Origin: Meiothermus sp.
GTDB lineage: Bacteria; Deinococcota; Deinococci; Deinococcales; Thermaceae
Assembly: GCA_033762915.1 (NCBI GenBank)
Contig: JANRLD010000032.1
Span: 1 to 64,000 of the forward strand
Reading direction: 5' to 3'
Length of the DNA stretch: 64,000 bases
A program made the translations under genes and the position numbers. The notes beneath the pieces are model-generated. The model was not told the origin of the DNA. It saw nothing but the letters and a program-made list of their open reading frames with translations, and did no database searches. Below, one piece after another: positions 10,353 through 19,844 of the stretch. How positions within the stretch are numbered: the first letter of the stretch is position 1; each line of letters begins with the position of its first letter.

Positions 10353-10533
10353 GCGTCTGCATAGTTGAACTGCGACATGCCGCCTGCCAACTCCCGCTGG
10401 GAATTGTGCCCCGGGTAGCCGCTCCGCGGCTATGGCGCACGCCACTCCGCCCCGGGTAGCTGCTCCGCAGCTATGGCGCACGCCACTCCGCCCTGGCATG
10501 TAGCTACCGCTTCCGCCGATTCCGCACTTCTAC
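10349..10533 (+). repeat. Dispersed MITE-like repeat, copy A, with an internal 41-bp tandem duplication
   Basis: Begins CTAAGCGTCTGCATAGTTG and closely resembles 56116-56276; unit CCGGGTAGC(C/T)GCTCCGC(G/A)GCTATGGCGCACGCCACTCCG is duplicated. Confidence 0.85.
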
Positions 10534-10613
10534 GATCTTGTTCTGTAAACCCAAACCCCTCTCTCCTGAAGAGGGAAGCCGGGTTGAGGGGCCGTGATAC
10601 CCTAAGCCCTGAG

Positions 10614-11867
10614 ATGGTCACCACCCCCAATCTCCAGACCTATGCCGAGGCCTCCAAGGCGGCCTCGAGACTCCTGGCCAAGGCCGCCCCCGCCGCGAAA
10701 TCCGGGGCCTTGCGGGTTGCGGCGGACAGGCTGCGGACCGAGTGGGCCAGCCTCGAGGCCGCCAACGCCCTCGACCTGGCCCAGGCCGAGGCGGGCGGGC
10801 TCTCCAGGGCCAAGCTCGACCGGCTCCGGCTCACCCCCAAAGTGCGCGATGACCTGGTTGCCGGCTTGCTCCAGGTGGCCGAGATGCCCGACCCGGTGGG
10901 GGAGATCGAGGGCCTGAAAATCCGCCCCAACGGGCTGCAAGTCGGGCAGATGCGGGTGCCGCTGGGGGTGATCGGCTTCATCTACGAGTCGCGCCCCAAC
11001 GCCACTGTGGAGGCCTCCGCGCTCACCCTCAAGTCGGGCAACGCCATCCTGCTGCGCGGCGGAAGGGAGGCCTGGCACTCCAACAACGCCCTGGTGGCCC
11101 TGCTACAAGCCGCGCTGGCCGAGGCGGGTCTGCCCCGGGAGGCCGTTCAGCTCGTCCCTACCACCGACCGCTCGGCCATCCTCGAGATGTGCCACCTGGG
11201 CGGCCTGCTCGACCTGATCATCCCCAGGGGCGGCAAGGATCTGATTGAGCTGGTGCAGCGCGAGGCCCGGATGCCGGTGCTGGCCCATGCCGAGGGGGTT
11301 AATCACCTATATGTGGACGCCAGCGCGGCTGTGGATAAGGCTGTGGATATCGCCGTCAATGCCAAGGCCCAGCGCCCCAGCACCTGCAACAGCCTCGAGA
11401 AGGTGCTGGTTCACGCCGAGATCGCGGCGGAATTTCTGCCTCGGCTCGAGGCGGCCATGCGGGCGGCCGGGGTCGAGCTTCGTGGCGACGAGCGCACCCG
11501 CAGCCGCATCGCCGCCGGACCCGCGACCGAGGAGGACTGGAAAACCGAGTACCTCGAGCTGATCCTCACCGTAAAGGTGGTGGACTCCTTGGACGAGGCT
11601 CTGGAGCACATTAGCCGCTACGGTTCCAACCACACCGAGGCCATCTGCACCGAGCATCACGCCCGTGCGATGCGCTTCCTGCGCGAGGTGGACGCCAGCC
11701 TGGTGCTGGTCAACGCCTCGCCCCGCTTCAACGATGGCTTCCAGCTCGGCCTGGGGGCGGAGATCGGCATCTCCACCTCCAAGCTCCACGCCTACGGCGC
11801 GATGGGCGTCCGCGAGCTGACCACGGCCAAGTGGGTGGCGCTGGGGAGCGGGCAGGTGAGGGAGTAA
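10614..11867 (+). CDS. proA: Gamma-glutamyl phosphate reductase
   Basis: VPLGVIGFIYESRPN, RPSTCN, NASPRFNDG and GAEIGISTSKLHAYG motifs. Confidence 0.97.
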   Translation: MVTTPNLQTYAEASKAASRLLAKAAPAAKSGALRVAADRLRTEWASLEAANALDLAQAEAGGLSRAKLDRLRLTPKVRDDLVAGLLQVAEMPDPVGEIEGLKIRPNGLQVGQMRVPLGVIGFIYESRPNATVEASALTLKSGNAILLRGGREAWHSNNALVALLQAALAEAGLPREAVQLVPTTDRSAILEMCHLGGLLDLIIPRGGKDLIELVQREARMPVLAHAEGVNHLYVDASAAVDKAVDIAVNAKAQRPSTCNSLEKVLVHAEIAAEFLPRLEAAMRAAGVELRGDERTRSRIAAGPATEEDWKTEYLELILTVKVVDSLDEALEHISRYGSNHTEAICTEHHARAMRFLREVDASLVLVNASPRFNDGFQLGLGAEIGISTSKLHAYGAMGVRELTTAKWVALGSGQVRE

Positions 11868-11902
11868 GCGGTGAGTCTGTGAGATCAGAGGAGGTAAAAG
11901 TC

Positions 11903-12008
11903 GTGTTCCTGGGCGGGGTGGCTACCCAGGGCGGAGTGGCTTGCACCATGGCTGCGGAGCAACTCCTTGCGTTTTTGGGCGGCATCTCGCGGTTCAACTA
12001 TCGAGTTG
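11903..12008 (-). repeat. Dispersed MITE-like repeat copy
   Basis: Reverse complement GATAGTTGAACCGCGAGATGCCGCC...GCTCCGCAGCCATGGTGCAAGCCACTCCGCCCTGG aligns with copy A. Confidence 0.75.
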
Positions 12009-12088
12009 GGGTTGAAAGTTGAGGAAGGAGGAAAGAGGAGAGAAACCGCACGCATCACGCCTTCTCCTTCCTTCTTTCTCTGCCGCAT

Positions 12089-12526
12089 ATGCGCTTCTTC
12101 ACCCCCGGCTGGCACCAGAATCTAAGCGAGGTCTCCGACCCCGTGGCGGTGGCCTACGCCAACTACGTCAGGGAGTTCTGGCCCCTGCTGCCGGACGCGG
12201 CGCGGCTGCTGGTGGAGTTCAGCCTACACGACGGGATCGTGACCAAGGTGGCGCTCAAGGGCGACCGACTTACCCTGACCCTCTTCCCCTACGACCTCCA
12301 GGACGACCCCTACATCCTGCGCCTGACCTACGAGGGCGGCGGGGGCCTACAGCCGGCATACCTCCAACTGGCCCAGTTCAAGAAGGGGGAGGCCCAGATT
12401 CTGGCCCACGAACTCGACCAGACGGCCAGCGGCTTTGTCCACCGCATGCTGTTTTGGACCCAGGACTTCGACTACCAGGAGGTCGAGATTCCCTTCCTGA
12501 GGCTGCGCATGGAACTACCCGAGTAG
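12089..12526 (+). CDS. Hypothetical protein
   Basis: 145 aa ORF with host codon bias (MRFFT...SLHDG). Confidence 0.75.
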   Translation: MRFFTPGWHQNLSEVSDPVAVAYANYVREFWPLLPDAARLLVEFSLHDGIVTKVALKGDRLTLTLFPYDLQDDPYILRLTYEGGGGLQPAYLQLAQFKKGEAQILAHELDQTASGFVHRMLFWTQDFDYQEVEIPFLRLRMELPE

Positions 12527-12895
12527 GCGCGGGGGCGTGGATGCTGCAAGCAGGGCGGCCTCGAGCGGCCTCGAGCGGGTGGGCCGTTTAGGCGCTGGGG
12601 TCTTTGCGGGCGCGGCGAGGGCGCAACTGCGCCCTCGAGGCCAACCCGCTTAGCGCCGGTGCACCGACAGGAACCGCTGTCCGTGCGTTACTTACAAAGC
12701 TGCGAACACGGTTGATTACCGCTCGAGGTTCGGATGGGCTGAGTTAGACTCGAGTCAAGGCCCGTAAACTGCCGATCCCGACCCTGTTACATCTAGATTT
12801 GCTCGTCCTGGTCGAGTTTTTTACCAGTCTTTGTGTCTGGGACGGGCATATGCACGTTATGCACCGGCAATTGTGCGTTATGATATTGAACTAGG

Positions 12896-14269
12896 ATGAA
12901 CGAACCCAAAATCACCCCGCTGGCCCGTCGTCTGGCGGAAGAAAACAGCATTGACTGGCGGCAACTCCAGGGCACCGGCCCCGAGGGCACTGTGGTCGAG
13001 CGTGACATTCTGGGCTTCTTGGCCAAGGTTATGGCGGGGGAGGTCACGCTGCCCCCCGCTCCCGAGGAGGTGCCCCAGGCCGGGCCGGGGGCCGTTGCCA
13101 ACCTGGCCCAGGCCCAGGCCGCCCTTCAGCGGGAGGGGGTGCAGCTCGGCGACCTGATGCCTGCCGCCCCCGCCAACACCCTGGCCGACGACTCGCTCCT
13201 CGATGATCTCGAGTTCGATATCGACCTCGACCTCGACGAGCCCAGCCTGGCCCCCGAGGACGCGCCCGCCGCCGCGCGGGTTATGGAGCTGCCCCCCATG
13301 CCCGCCGCCCCTGCGGCCAACCTGGACTGGGACGCCAAGCCCGCCCCCGCGCCCAGCACCCTCCCCACCTTGCCCGACCTCGAGCCACCCGCCCCGCCCC
13401 CGCCCGCCCCTGCCCTGATCTGGGAGACCCAGGAAGTGGTGTCGCCGATTCCCAGCTTCGCCCCGCCTGCCCCCCCGGCCATGCCCGAGCTGCCCGAAAT
13501 CGCCGAGCCGGAGCTGCCCAGCCTCGAACTCGAGGTGCCCAGCGCCGGGGAGCTGGTCTTGCCCAGCCTCGACCCCACCCCCGAGCCCCAGCCGGCCGCT
13601 CCCGTTGTAGCCGAGTCCCAGCCGGTGTTGCCCGAGCCGGTACTCGAGGCTGAGCCCGAGCCAGCCCTGGCGCTGGAGTCCGAGCCAGCCCCGGCACTTG
13701 AGCCCGAGCCGGTTATTCCTCCCGCGCCTGCTGCCGCACCGGTAGTCGCTGCGGCGTCTGGCCTGGGCGCCGCCCCGGTGGAGGCCCCGGCCGCCGCTCC
13801 CCGGATGTTCCATGTTCAGGCTTGGCAGCGCACCGTCGAGGTGCGGGCCGCCCAGGAAGCCGCCCACACCCTCGGTGAGGCCTGGCGGATGAACGTGGGG
13901 CTCTACCCGCTGCTTTACCGGGCCGTCGATCGGGCCTTGGCCGACACCCAGACCTCGCTGCGGGCCACCAAGGGGATCTTGCAGGGTGAGGAACTGGTCA
14001 GCCTGCGGGTTAGCGCCTCGCAGTCGCTGCGCGGGGTGCTGGACTCCCTCCAGATGGCCTCCGACCCCGCCGAGGGGCTGGTGGTGCTCTCACTGGCAGA
14101 CACCGCCTTCGATCAGGTCATCTTCCCCGGCCTGTCCACAGTAATCCTGGGCCGGGTCAAGGACGACTACGCCACCCTCTCGCTCTCTGCCGAGATGGAC
14201 GCCCGCCACGCCGGCGCGCTGCTCGAGCGCATCAGCTACTACCTCGAGCGGCCCATCCTGCTGGTCTAG
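12896..14269 (+). CDS. E3-binding domain protein with a long Pro/Glu-rich linker and a degenerate acyltransferase-like C-terminus
   Basis: ITPLARRLAEENSIDWRQLQGTGPEGTVVERDI is a peripheral subunit-binding motif; no lipoyl domain. Confidence 0.8.
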   Translation: MNEPKITPLARRLAEENSIDWRQLQGTGPEGTVVERDILGFLAKVMAGEVTLPPAPEEVPQAGPGAVANLAQAQAALQREGVQLGDLMPAAPANTLADDSLLDDLEFDIDLDLDEPSLAPEDAPAAARVMELPPMPAAPAANLDWDAKPAPAPSTLPTLPDLEPPAPPPPAPALIWETQEVVSPIPSFAPPAPPAMPELPEIAEPELPSLELEVPSAGELVLPSLDPTPEPQPAAPVVAESQPVLPEPVLEAEPEPALALESEPAPALEPEPVIPPAPAAAPVVAAASGLGAAPVEAPAAAPRMFHVQAWQRTVEVRAAQEAAHTLGEAWRMNVGLYPLLYRAVDRALADTQTSLRATKGILQGEELVSLRVSASQSLRGVLDSLQMASDPAEGLVVLSLADTAFDQVIFPGLSTVILGRVKDDYATLSLSAEMDARHAGALLERISYYLERPILLV

Positions 14270-14277
14270 CCGACCGA

Positions 14278-14308
14278 CAAAAAATCCCCGCCGCGGCGGG
14301 GATTTTTG
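14278..14308. terminator. Bidirectional intrinsic terminator
   Basis: AAAAATCCCCGCC/GGCGGGGATTTTT between convergent genes. Confidence 0.85.
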
Positions 14309-14315
14309 TTTTCGC

Positions 14316-14624
14316 CTACTGCGTCGCCCGGCAGTTTTGGGCCATCGGGCGCTTCACGGTCTCGTTGTTAAGGGTGACCAGGGTTTCGCTGCCCTCGAGG
14401 GTCACCCGCTGATTGGTGTAGCGGAAGCTCGTGCCGCCGCTCACCTGGGGCAGCATGTACTGGTCGCCCTTAAAGGTCACCAGGGCCTCGTTGGTGGCGA
14501 ACACCACCTTGAGGGGGCGGTTGCCCTCGCAAATAAAGTTAACCGTGCGTGCCGTCTCGTCCTGGGCGATGCTCGCGCCCACCATCAACCCCAAAGCCAA
14601 GAAAATCCAGTGCTTCCTCATCAC
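14316..14624 (-). CDS. MliC/PliC-like secreted lysozyme inhibitor
   Basis: Signal peptide, two Cys (FICE...QNC), LPQVSGGTSFRY; GGAGG RBS. Confidence 0.7.
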   Translation of the reverse strand: MMRKHWIFLALGLMVGASIAQDETARTVNFICEGNRPLKVVFATNEALVTFKGDQYMLPQVSGGTSFRYTNQRVTLEGSETLVTLNNETVKRPMAQNCRATQ

Positions 14625-15101
14625 AGACCTCCGCTAGTCGGGTTTACCGGCAGAGCAAAAGGGGTTTGCAGCCATTTGACGGGTAAACCGTGACCTCAGT
14701 GTACGGCAAGGGGGCGCGAAAATCTGCGGGGCCGGGCCGCCTTGCCGCCCCTGGCCCGCAGATAACGCAGTAAGTAGCGCCCAGCGGGCTACCCGGCTGG
14801 CGCCAATTAGAGCGGTTGGCACGTTGGTTCCCGCAACACCGCACCCCGAAAATACGGCGGGGAAAGGATAAAGGCCCTAAGGTTCTTGCAGCGTAAGGAT
14901 TGAAATCTGCTGTAACAGCCCCCTACCCCAACCCCCCGCGAACATCCCCGACTGCGGGGATGTTGGGTAAGGCTGGCCGCGAGGGAAGTGGCTTTGGGCC
15001 GTGCGATGAGGTGAAGCCTTTTTTAGTTTGGCCGCATCTCTTCGCGCTGCTCCGTCGCTACCATGGCGCTGTGCGGCCGGTCTGGGCCGACGGAGGAGCC
15101 G

Positions 15102-15611
15102 ATGGGCAAACGCATGCTGCAACTTCTTTCTTTGACCGCGCTGTTGTCACTCGGCCAGGGGCTGGCCCAGGGTAGTCTGTTCAGCCTGCGCGGCTTCGGC
15201 GGGCTGGGGGTGGGGTTTGGCACCGTGAACGCCGAGCTCGAGTGGCAAGACCCCCTCGTACGGGTGTACCCGAGGGGTAGCGTGGCCTACGTGGCGGGGG
15301 TCGGCGGCACCGCGGGCGGCAATCTGGCGGCCTTCGCGGTGCACGGAGGGGCGGCCATCTATCTGGGCGACAGCCGCGACGGCTGGTTCAGCGCGGCCAG
15401 GGTGGGCGGCGGCGTGGTAGCCGACACCACCACCCGCGTGGGCACCTTCTTTGGCACCGCCACGCTCTCGGGCGGCTATCGGCTGGTGCAGGGGCCGTTT
15501 GAGCTGGGCCTTGAGGGCGGCCTGTACCTGGCCAGCGTAGACCTGGACAGCACCCGCAGCGCGGTGCTGCTCAGCCCGGTGGTGCTGCTGAGCGCGGGCA
15601 TCCGCTTCTGA
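15102..15611 (+). CDS. Small outer-membrane beta-barrel-like protein
   Basis: Signal peptide, alternating Gly/aromatic strands, C-terminal Phe (AGIRF); GGAG RBS. Confidence 0.7.
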   Translation: MGKRMLQLLSLTALLSLGQGLAQGSLFSLRGFGGLGVGFGTVNAELEWQDPLVRVYPRGSVAYVAGVGGTAGGNLAAFAVHGGAAIYLGDSRDGWFSAARVGGGVVADTTTRVGTFFGTATLSGGYRLVQGPFELGLEGGLYLASVDLDSTRSAVLLSPVVLLSAGIRF

Positions 15612-15758
15612 GCCTTTGCAAGACCGGAGGAGGTGCTGCCGGCGGGCATCTCGGGGCGGCACACTGCAACTCATCCACCTACCGTTTTCCACCAGGAACC
15701 CGCACGCACAGACTCGGATGCGCGGGTATTCGTACGAACTGCTGTAGAAACGGCCGCA

Positions 15759-15798
15759 GAAGTCCAAACCCCCCACGCCGGTGGGGGGTTTGGACTTC
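15759..15798. terminator. Perfect hairpin between convergent genes
   Basis: GAAGTCCAAACCCCCCAC-GCCG-GTGGGGGGTTTGGACTTC. Confidence 0.75.
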
Positions 15799-15809
15799 GG
15801 TGCGGAAAC

Positions 15810-17084
15810 TTATCGAGCCGTACAGGTGTCGGCGAGTTGGCCGCGTACCGACAGGCGGCCCTGGTTGCCCGAGACGTCCCAGGTGTAGGTGCCATCGGTG
15901 TAGAGGAAGGTGGGGTTGTTGCGGGTCAGGTTGAGCAGGCGGTTGGCCCCGTCGTAGAAGATGGTGACCTGGTTGCCCCGGTAGGTCACCGAGAGCCTGC
16001 CACCGGTGCAGAAGTAGGTGAAGGCCCCGGAGGGGGCGTCGGGGCCGGGGTTGGGTACCACCACCGGGGGGGTGGGGCTGGGGGGCGGGGGCGCCACGGC
16101 GGTCAGGACGGCGTTGAGCGGGGTCTGGCGGCCGCCTTGGATGCTGACGGTGGTGCGGAAGCTGTTGAAGCCGCTGCGCCGCAGCTCGACGGTGTAGTTA
16201 CCGGTGTTGAGGTTGATGACCAGCGGGGTGTTGCCCCGGAAGCGCCCGTCCACCAGCACCTGTGCGCCGGAGGGGTTGCTGGTCACTGCCAGCGTCCCGG
16301 TAGGCGGCGGCACCGCCACCAGGGCCTGGTTGATCTGCACGGTCTGGCCACCCTGGATGCTGACGGTGGTGCGGAAGCTGTTAAAGCCGCTGCGCCGCAG
16401 TTCGACGGTGTAGTTGCCCGCCTGGAGGTCGATCGAGAGCGGGCTGTTACCCACCGACGAGCCGTTGACCAGCACCTCGGCCCCGGCGGGTCTGCTGTTC
16501 ACCACCAGGGTCCCGGTGGTGGGTACGGGGGCTATCACCTGCCCGGCGAAGTAGAAGGCCTCGTTGGTCACCCAGTCGTTGCGGGGCACCGGCGTAACCA
16601 CGATGGCCAACGCCCGGGCCAGGTTGTCCGCGCCCTGAATCCTGACGTTGCCGCTCTGGATGTCGGCAATGTCGCTCAGGTTGAGCGGCACCCGGCTGAC
16701 CACCGCCAGCACCCGGTCCTGCCCGGCGGGCGGGCCGATCTGGAACTGGTAGTTGGCCCCCTGGGGCGGGAAGGTGCGCAACTCGCCCGCCGCAAGTTGG
16801 TTGTTCTGGTCGAGCTGATTGGGCAGCACCAGGTCAATCTCGCCGGTCGAGCGCACTCCGAACAAGTAGACGTAGGCCTGCTGGGTTACCTGCACCGAGA
16901 TGCGGATGCTTTCCCCGAAGGCGTAGACCGGGTTGCCCTGCTTGTTGGGGTCTTTGTCCACCCAGACCCGCACCTGGAGATCCTGGGGTGGGGTGGGGTT
17001 GACGATGATTCCCCGCGGCTGAAGCTGGGCGAAGGCGCTAGCCAGCGCCAGGACCCAAAACAAAACCAGCATCCTTTTTGTCAT
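15810..17084 (-). CDS. Exported DUF4384 + 2x PEGA + C-terminal MliC-like domain protein
   Basis: Signal peptide; VRVWVDK...YAFGESI...AYVYLF (DUF4384-like); two near-identical PEGA repeats (GNYTVELRRSGFNSFRTTVSIQGG); Cys-bounded C-terminal domain. Confidence 0.85.
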   Translation of the reverse strand: MTKRMLVLFWVLALASAFAQLQPRGIIVNPTPPQDLQVRVWVDKDPNKQGNPVYAFGESIRISVQVTQQAYVYLFGVRSTGEIDLVLPNQLDQNNQLAAGELRTFPPQGANYQFQIGPPAGQDRVLAVVSRVPLNLSDIADIQSGNVRIQGADNLARALAIVVTPVPRNDWVTNEAFYFAGQVIAPVPTTGTLVVNSRPAGAEVLVNGSSVGNSPLSIDLQAGNYTVELRRSGFNSFRTTVSIQGGQTVQINQALVAVPPPTGTLAVTSNPSGAQVLVDGRFRGNTPLVINLNTGNYTVELRRSGFNSFRTTVSIQGGRQTPLNAVLTAVAPPPPSPTPPVVVPNPGPDAPSGAFTYFCTGGRLSVTYRGNQVTIFYDGANRLLNLTRNNPTFLYTDGTYTWDVSGNQGRLSVRGQLADTCTAR

Positions 17085-17234
17085 AACACCTCGTTTTTCC
17101 CAACTTTTCAATTCCTTAGGCCGAACCACCCGAAGCCGGGAACACCCTTAAGAATACCAAATCCCCGCCATCGGGGTTTTAGCCTTGCTTTAGCAACGAG
17201 TCTTTTTCACGAGTGGCGGTGTATGCTATGGGAC

Positions 17235-17744
17235 ATGAGAAAGCTTCCGACCATTCTTGTCATGGGTGGGCTGCTGGCCCTTCTCTCTGGATGTTTCGTA
17301 GTGGTCTCCACGCCTCGAGTGAGCGACCTGACCTACGCTACCTCCTGGGAAGTGCGGGCCACAGGCCAGGACGTGATCTGCGACAACAAGGCAACCAACA
17401 TCCAGTACCAGTTCAAATACTCCGACCTCTCCGACATCACCAGTTGGCGCGAGGTCTGGACGGGCCAGGCCGCCACCAGCCCGACCTACGACACCACCCT
17501 AACCCCCAGCTCTCCCACCGTGAGTGTCGACTCCGCCTCCAAGACCATCACCGTCAGCTTCAACTTCACCCGCTTCGACGGCAACCGCCCCTCGCCCTTC
17601 CGGGTTGAGTCTCAAGCCATCACGGTCACCCCGGTGCCGTTCGTGCCCACCAGCCAGACCGGCAACGCCCGCATGCGCCTGATCTTCTCTAACGGCCTGG
17701 GCGAGTTCCAGACCCCCCTGATCCCCGTGTTCAGCGGCTGCTAA
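17235..17744 (+). CDS. Lipoprotein, function unknown
   Basis: MRKLPTILVMGGLLALLSGC lipobox; host codon usage. Confidence 0.8.
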   Translation: MRKLPTILVMGGLLALLSGCFVVVSTPRVSDLTYATSWEVRATGQDVICDNKATNIQYQFKYSDLSDITSWREVWTGQAATSPTYDTTLTPSSPTVSVDSASKTITVSFNFTRFDGNRPSPFRVESQAITVTPVPFVPTSQTGNARMRLIFSNGLGEFQTPLIPVFSGC

Positions 17745-17757
17745 AGGAGAATCACCG

Positions 17758-18111
17758 ATGTTGCGCACCCTCTCGCTGCTGGTACTCATCCCCATCCTGG
17801 CCTCGTGCGTCCTGCTGGTAGACGACGACCCCAGACGCCCGCAGGGCACCATCCAGCCCAGCAACACCGCCCCCGCCGCCGTTGCCCCCACTAGCGGCTC
17901 CTTCACCTACGTATGCCGGGGCGGCAGGCTGGCGGTCACCTACACCGCCAACGCCGTGACCGTCTTCTACGACGGGGCCAACCGCAACCTGACCCAGACC
18001 CGCTCCAACCCCACCTCCATCTACACCGATGGCACCTACACCTGGGAGGCCGAGGGCCGCGCGGGCCGCCTGAGCGTGCGGGGGGTCTTGGCGGACACCT
18101 GCAACTACTGA
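17758..18111 (+). CDS. Lipoprotein with an MliC-like domain, paralogous to the C-terminus of 15810-17084
   Basis: ILASC lipobox; FTYVCRGGRLAVTY...YTDGTYTW...GRLSVRGVLADTC; AAGGAG RBS. Confidence 0.8.
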   Translation: MLRTLSLLVLIPILASCVLLVDDDPRRPQGTIQPSNTAPAAVAPTSGSFTYVCRGGRLAVTYTANAVTVFYDGANRNLTQTRSNPTSIYTDGTYTWEAEGRAGRLSVRGVLADTCNY

Positions 18112-18128
18112 TCGCTCGAGCCCAAGCC

Positions 18129-18158
18129 AAAGCCCCCATCTGCTGAGATGGGGGCTTT
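18129..18158. terminator. Bidirectional intrinsic terminator
   Basis: AAAGCCCCCATCT-GCTG-AGATGGGGGCTTT. Confidence 0.85.
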
Positions 18159-18209
18159 CATCGGGGTTCCCACCCTTACGCCTCACGCGGTGAGGCATAA
18201 TGCTCAGGT

Positions 18210-19103
18210 CTACTTGCTCTTTGCCAGCTCGGCCAACTGCGCGTACAGCTTTGCTTCCTCCTCGCTGGGGTGGGTGGGGATGGTCAGGCGCAACTCGGCG
18301 TACTGGTCGCCCCGGGTTCCGTCCTTGCGCGGCCAGCCCTTGCCCTTCAGCCGCAGGGTGCGCCCGCTCTGGGTGCCCTTGGGCAGGTTCATCTCCACCA
18401 TGCCGTCGAGGGTTTGCAGCTTGACCCTGCCCCCCACCACCGCCACCGGGGCGGGTACATCGGCGAAGGTGTAGAGGTCGTCGCCCTTGAGCCTCATCCC
18501 ATCGGTGCCCTTGAGGCTGACGCTCAGCAGCAGGTCGCCGCCGCCCCGGCCTTTGCCGGCCAGCCGAATCCGCTGCCCGTCGCGGATGCCCGCCGGGATC
18601 TTGACGGTCAGCCGCTCGCTGCCCACTACCACGATCTTCTCGCCGCCCTTGTAAGCCTCGGACAGCTCGAGGGAAAGCTCGGCCTCGACATCCGCCCCCA
18701 CCCGCCGTCGGCCGGGTTCGCGCTGCCCGAACAACTCCTCGAACCCCCCGAAGCCGCCCGCCCCGCGCCCGCCCGCGCCCCCCATCTGGCCGAAGAGGGT
18801 CTGGAAGAAGTCGGAGAAGTCGCCGGGGCCGCCGCTAAAGCCGCCCGGGAAGTTCGCGCCCGGCGGCGGACGGAAGTTGCCCGAGCCCGCCGAGGAGCCG
18901 TACAGGTCGTAGAACTTGCGCTTCTCGGGGTCGGAGAGCACCGTGTGGGCCTCTCCGATCTCCTTGAACCGCTCTTCCGCCCCCGTCTCCTTGTTCACGT
19001 CGGGGTGGTACTTGCGTGCAAGCTTCTTGTACGCCTTTTTGATCTCCTCTTCGGAGGCGTTTTTGGGGACGCCGAGGATGGCGTAATAGTCTTTGTAGGC
19101 CAT
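18210..19103 (-). CDS. dnaJ: DnaJ-class co-chaperone (no zinc finger)
   Basis: [12 protein letters not shown] motif, G/F region, DnaJ C-terminal domain; in the dnaK operon. Confidence 0.95.
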   Translation of the reverse strand: MAYKDYYAILGVPKNASEEEIKKAYKKLARKYHPDVNKETGAEERFKEIGEAHTVLSDPEKRKFYDLYGSSAGSGNFRPPPGANFPGGFSGGPGDFSDFFQTLFGQMGGAGGRGAGGFGGFEELFGQREPGRRRVGADVEAELSLELSEAYKGGEKIVVVGSERLTVKIPAGIRDGQRIRLAGKGRGGGDLLLSVSLKGTDGMRLKGDDLYTFADVPAPVAVVGGRVKLQTLDGMVEMNLPKGTQSGRTLRLKGKGWPRKDGTRGDQYAELRLTIPTHPSEEEAKLYAQLAELAKSK

Positions 19104-19195
19104 AAAAATAGGGTAGAGGGGGTAGGAGTGAAGGAAAGGCAGAAGTAGCGGGCAGGCTGTGGCGGTTTTGCTTCCCTCTTTCCCTCCTCGCTGGT

Positions 19196-19738
19196 TTAGT
19201 TGCCGGGCTCGCCGGCTTCCTGCTTAACTCCGTTGCCGACCACCACCCGCGCGGGCCGCACCAGCATCTCGCCGTAGCGGAAGCCCTGCTGGTAGACGTG
19301 CACAATCTTGCCCTCGTCACCCTCCACCGTCCCGATGGCCTCGTGGTAGCGGGGGTCGAACTCGGTCCCGGCGCCCTCGACCTGTTCGATGCCCATGTTC
19401 TTGAGCCCTCGAGCGAAGTTCTCGAGCACGGTCCTGAGCCCCGGAAGCAGGTCTTCGGGCTTGGCCGAGGCGAAGCCCAGCGCGCGCTCGAGGTCGTCGA
19501 GGGTGCCCAGCAGGTTGCGGATAGCCTCGAACTTGCCGTGCCGGTTGGCGGACTCGAGTTCGGAGACCATCCGCTTCTTGTAATTCTCGAAGTCGGCGTA
19601 CAGCCGTAGGTACTTCTCCTTGCCGGCCTTCACCTCGGCCTGCAGGAAGTCCACCTCGGCCCGGAGCCTATCCACCTCAGGTAGCTCGGTCTGCGGGGCC
19701 TCCTGAGTGGTCTGGGTTTCGTTGTTTTCAGCGCTCAT
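19196..19738 (-). CDS. grpE: Nucleotide exchange factor GrpE
   Basis: [17 protein letters not shown] and VRPARVVV motifs. Confidence 0.95.
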   Translation of the reverse strand: MSAENNETQTTQEAPQTELPEVDRLRAEVDFLQAEVKAGKEKYLRLYADFENYKKRMVSELESANRHGKFEAIRNLLGTLDDLERALGFASAKPEDLLPGLRTVLENFARGLKNMGIEQVEGAGTEFDPRYHEAIGTVEGDEGKIVHVYQQGFRYGEMLVRPARVVVGNGVKQEAGEPGN

Positions 19739-19844
19739 TGGAACTCCTGTCAACTATTGTCGAGGGCCGAGGGGCAAGCGTCTAGAGCCTTTTGCTGTTC
19801 GCCTTCGGCTCCCGACCCTCGACCTTCGACCCTCAACGCCGATC

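Noticed and set aside
10410..10495. 41-bp direct repeat as CRISPR, or as an N-terminal extension of proA (ORF start 10473)
   Set aside because: It is an internal duplication of the dispersed repeat; ProA-like sequence begins near 10614.
14640..15060. Riboswitch in the long intergenic region
   Set aside because: Hairpins are present (GGTTTACC/GGTAAACC; AACATCCCC/GGGGATGTT) but I cannot match a known aptamer consensus; needs an Rfam scan.
15633..17744. 703-aa plus-strand ORF
   Set aside because: Mostly an antisense shadow of the PEGA gene; only 17235-17744 looks like a real lipoprotein.
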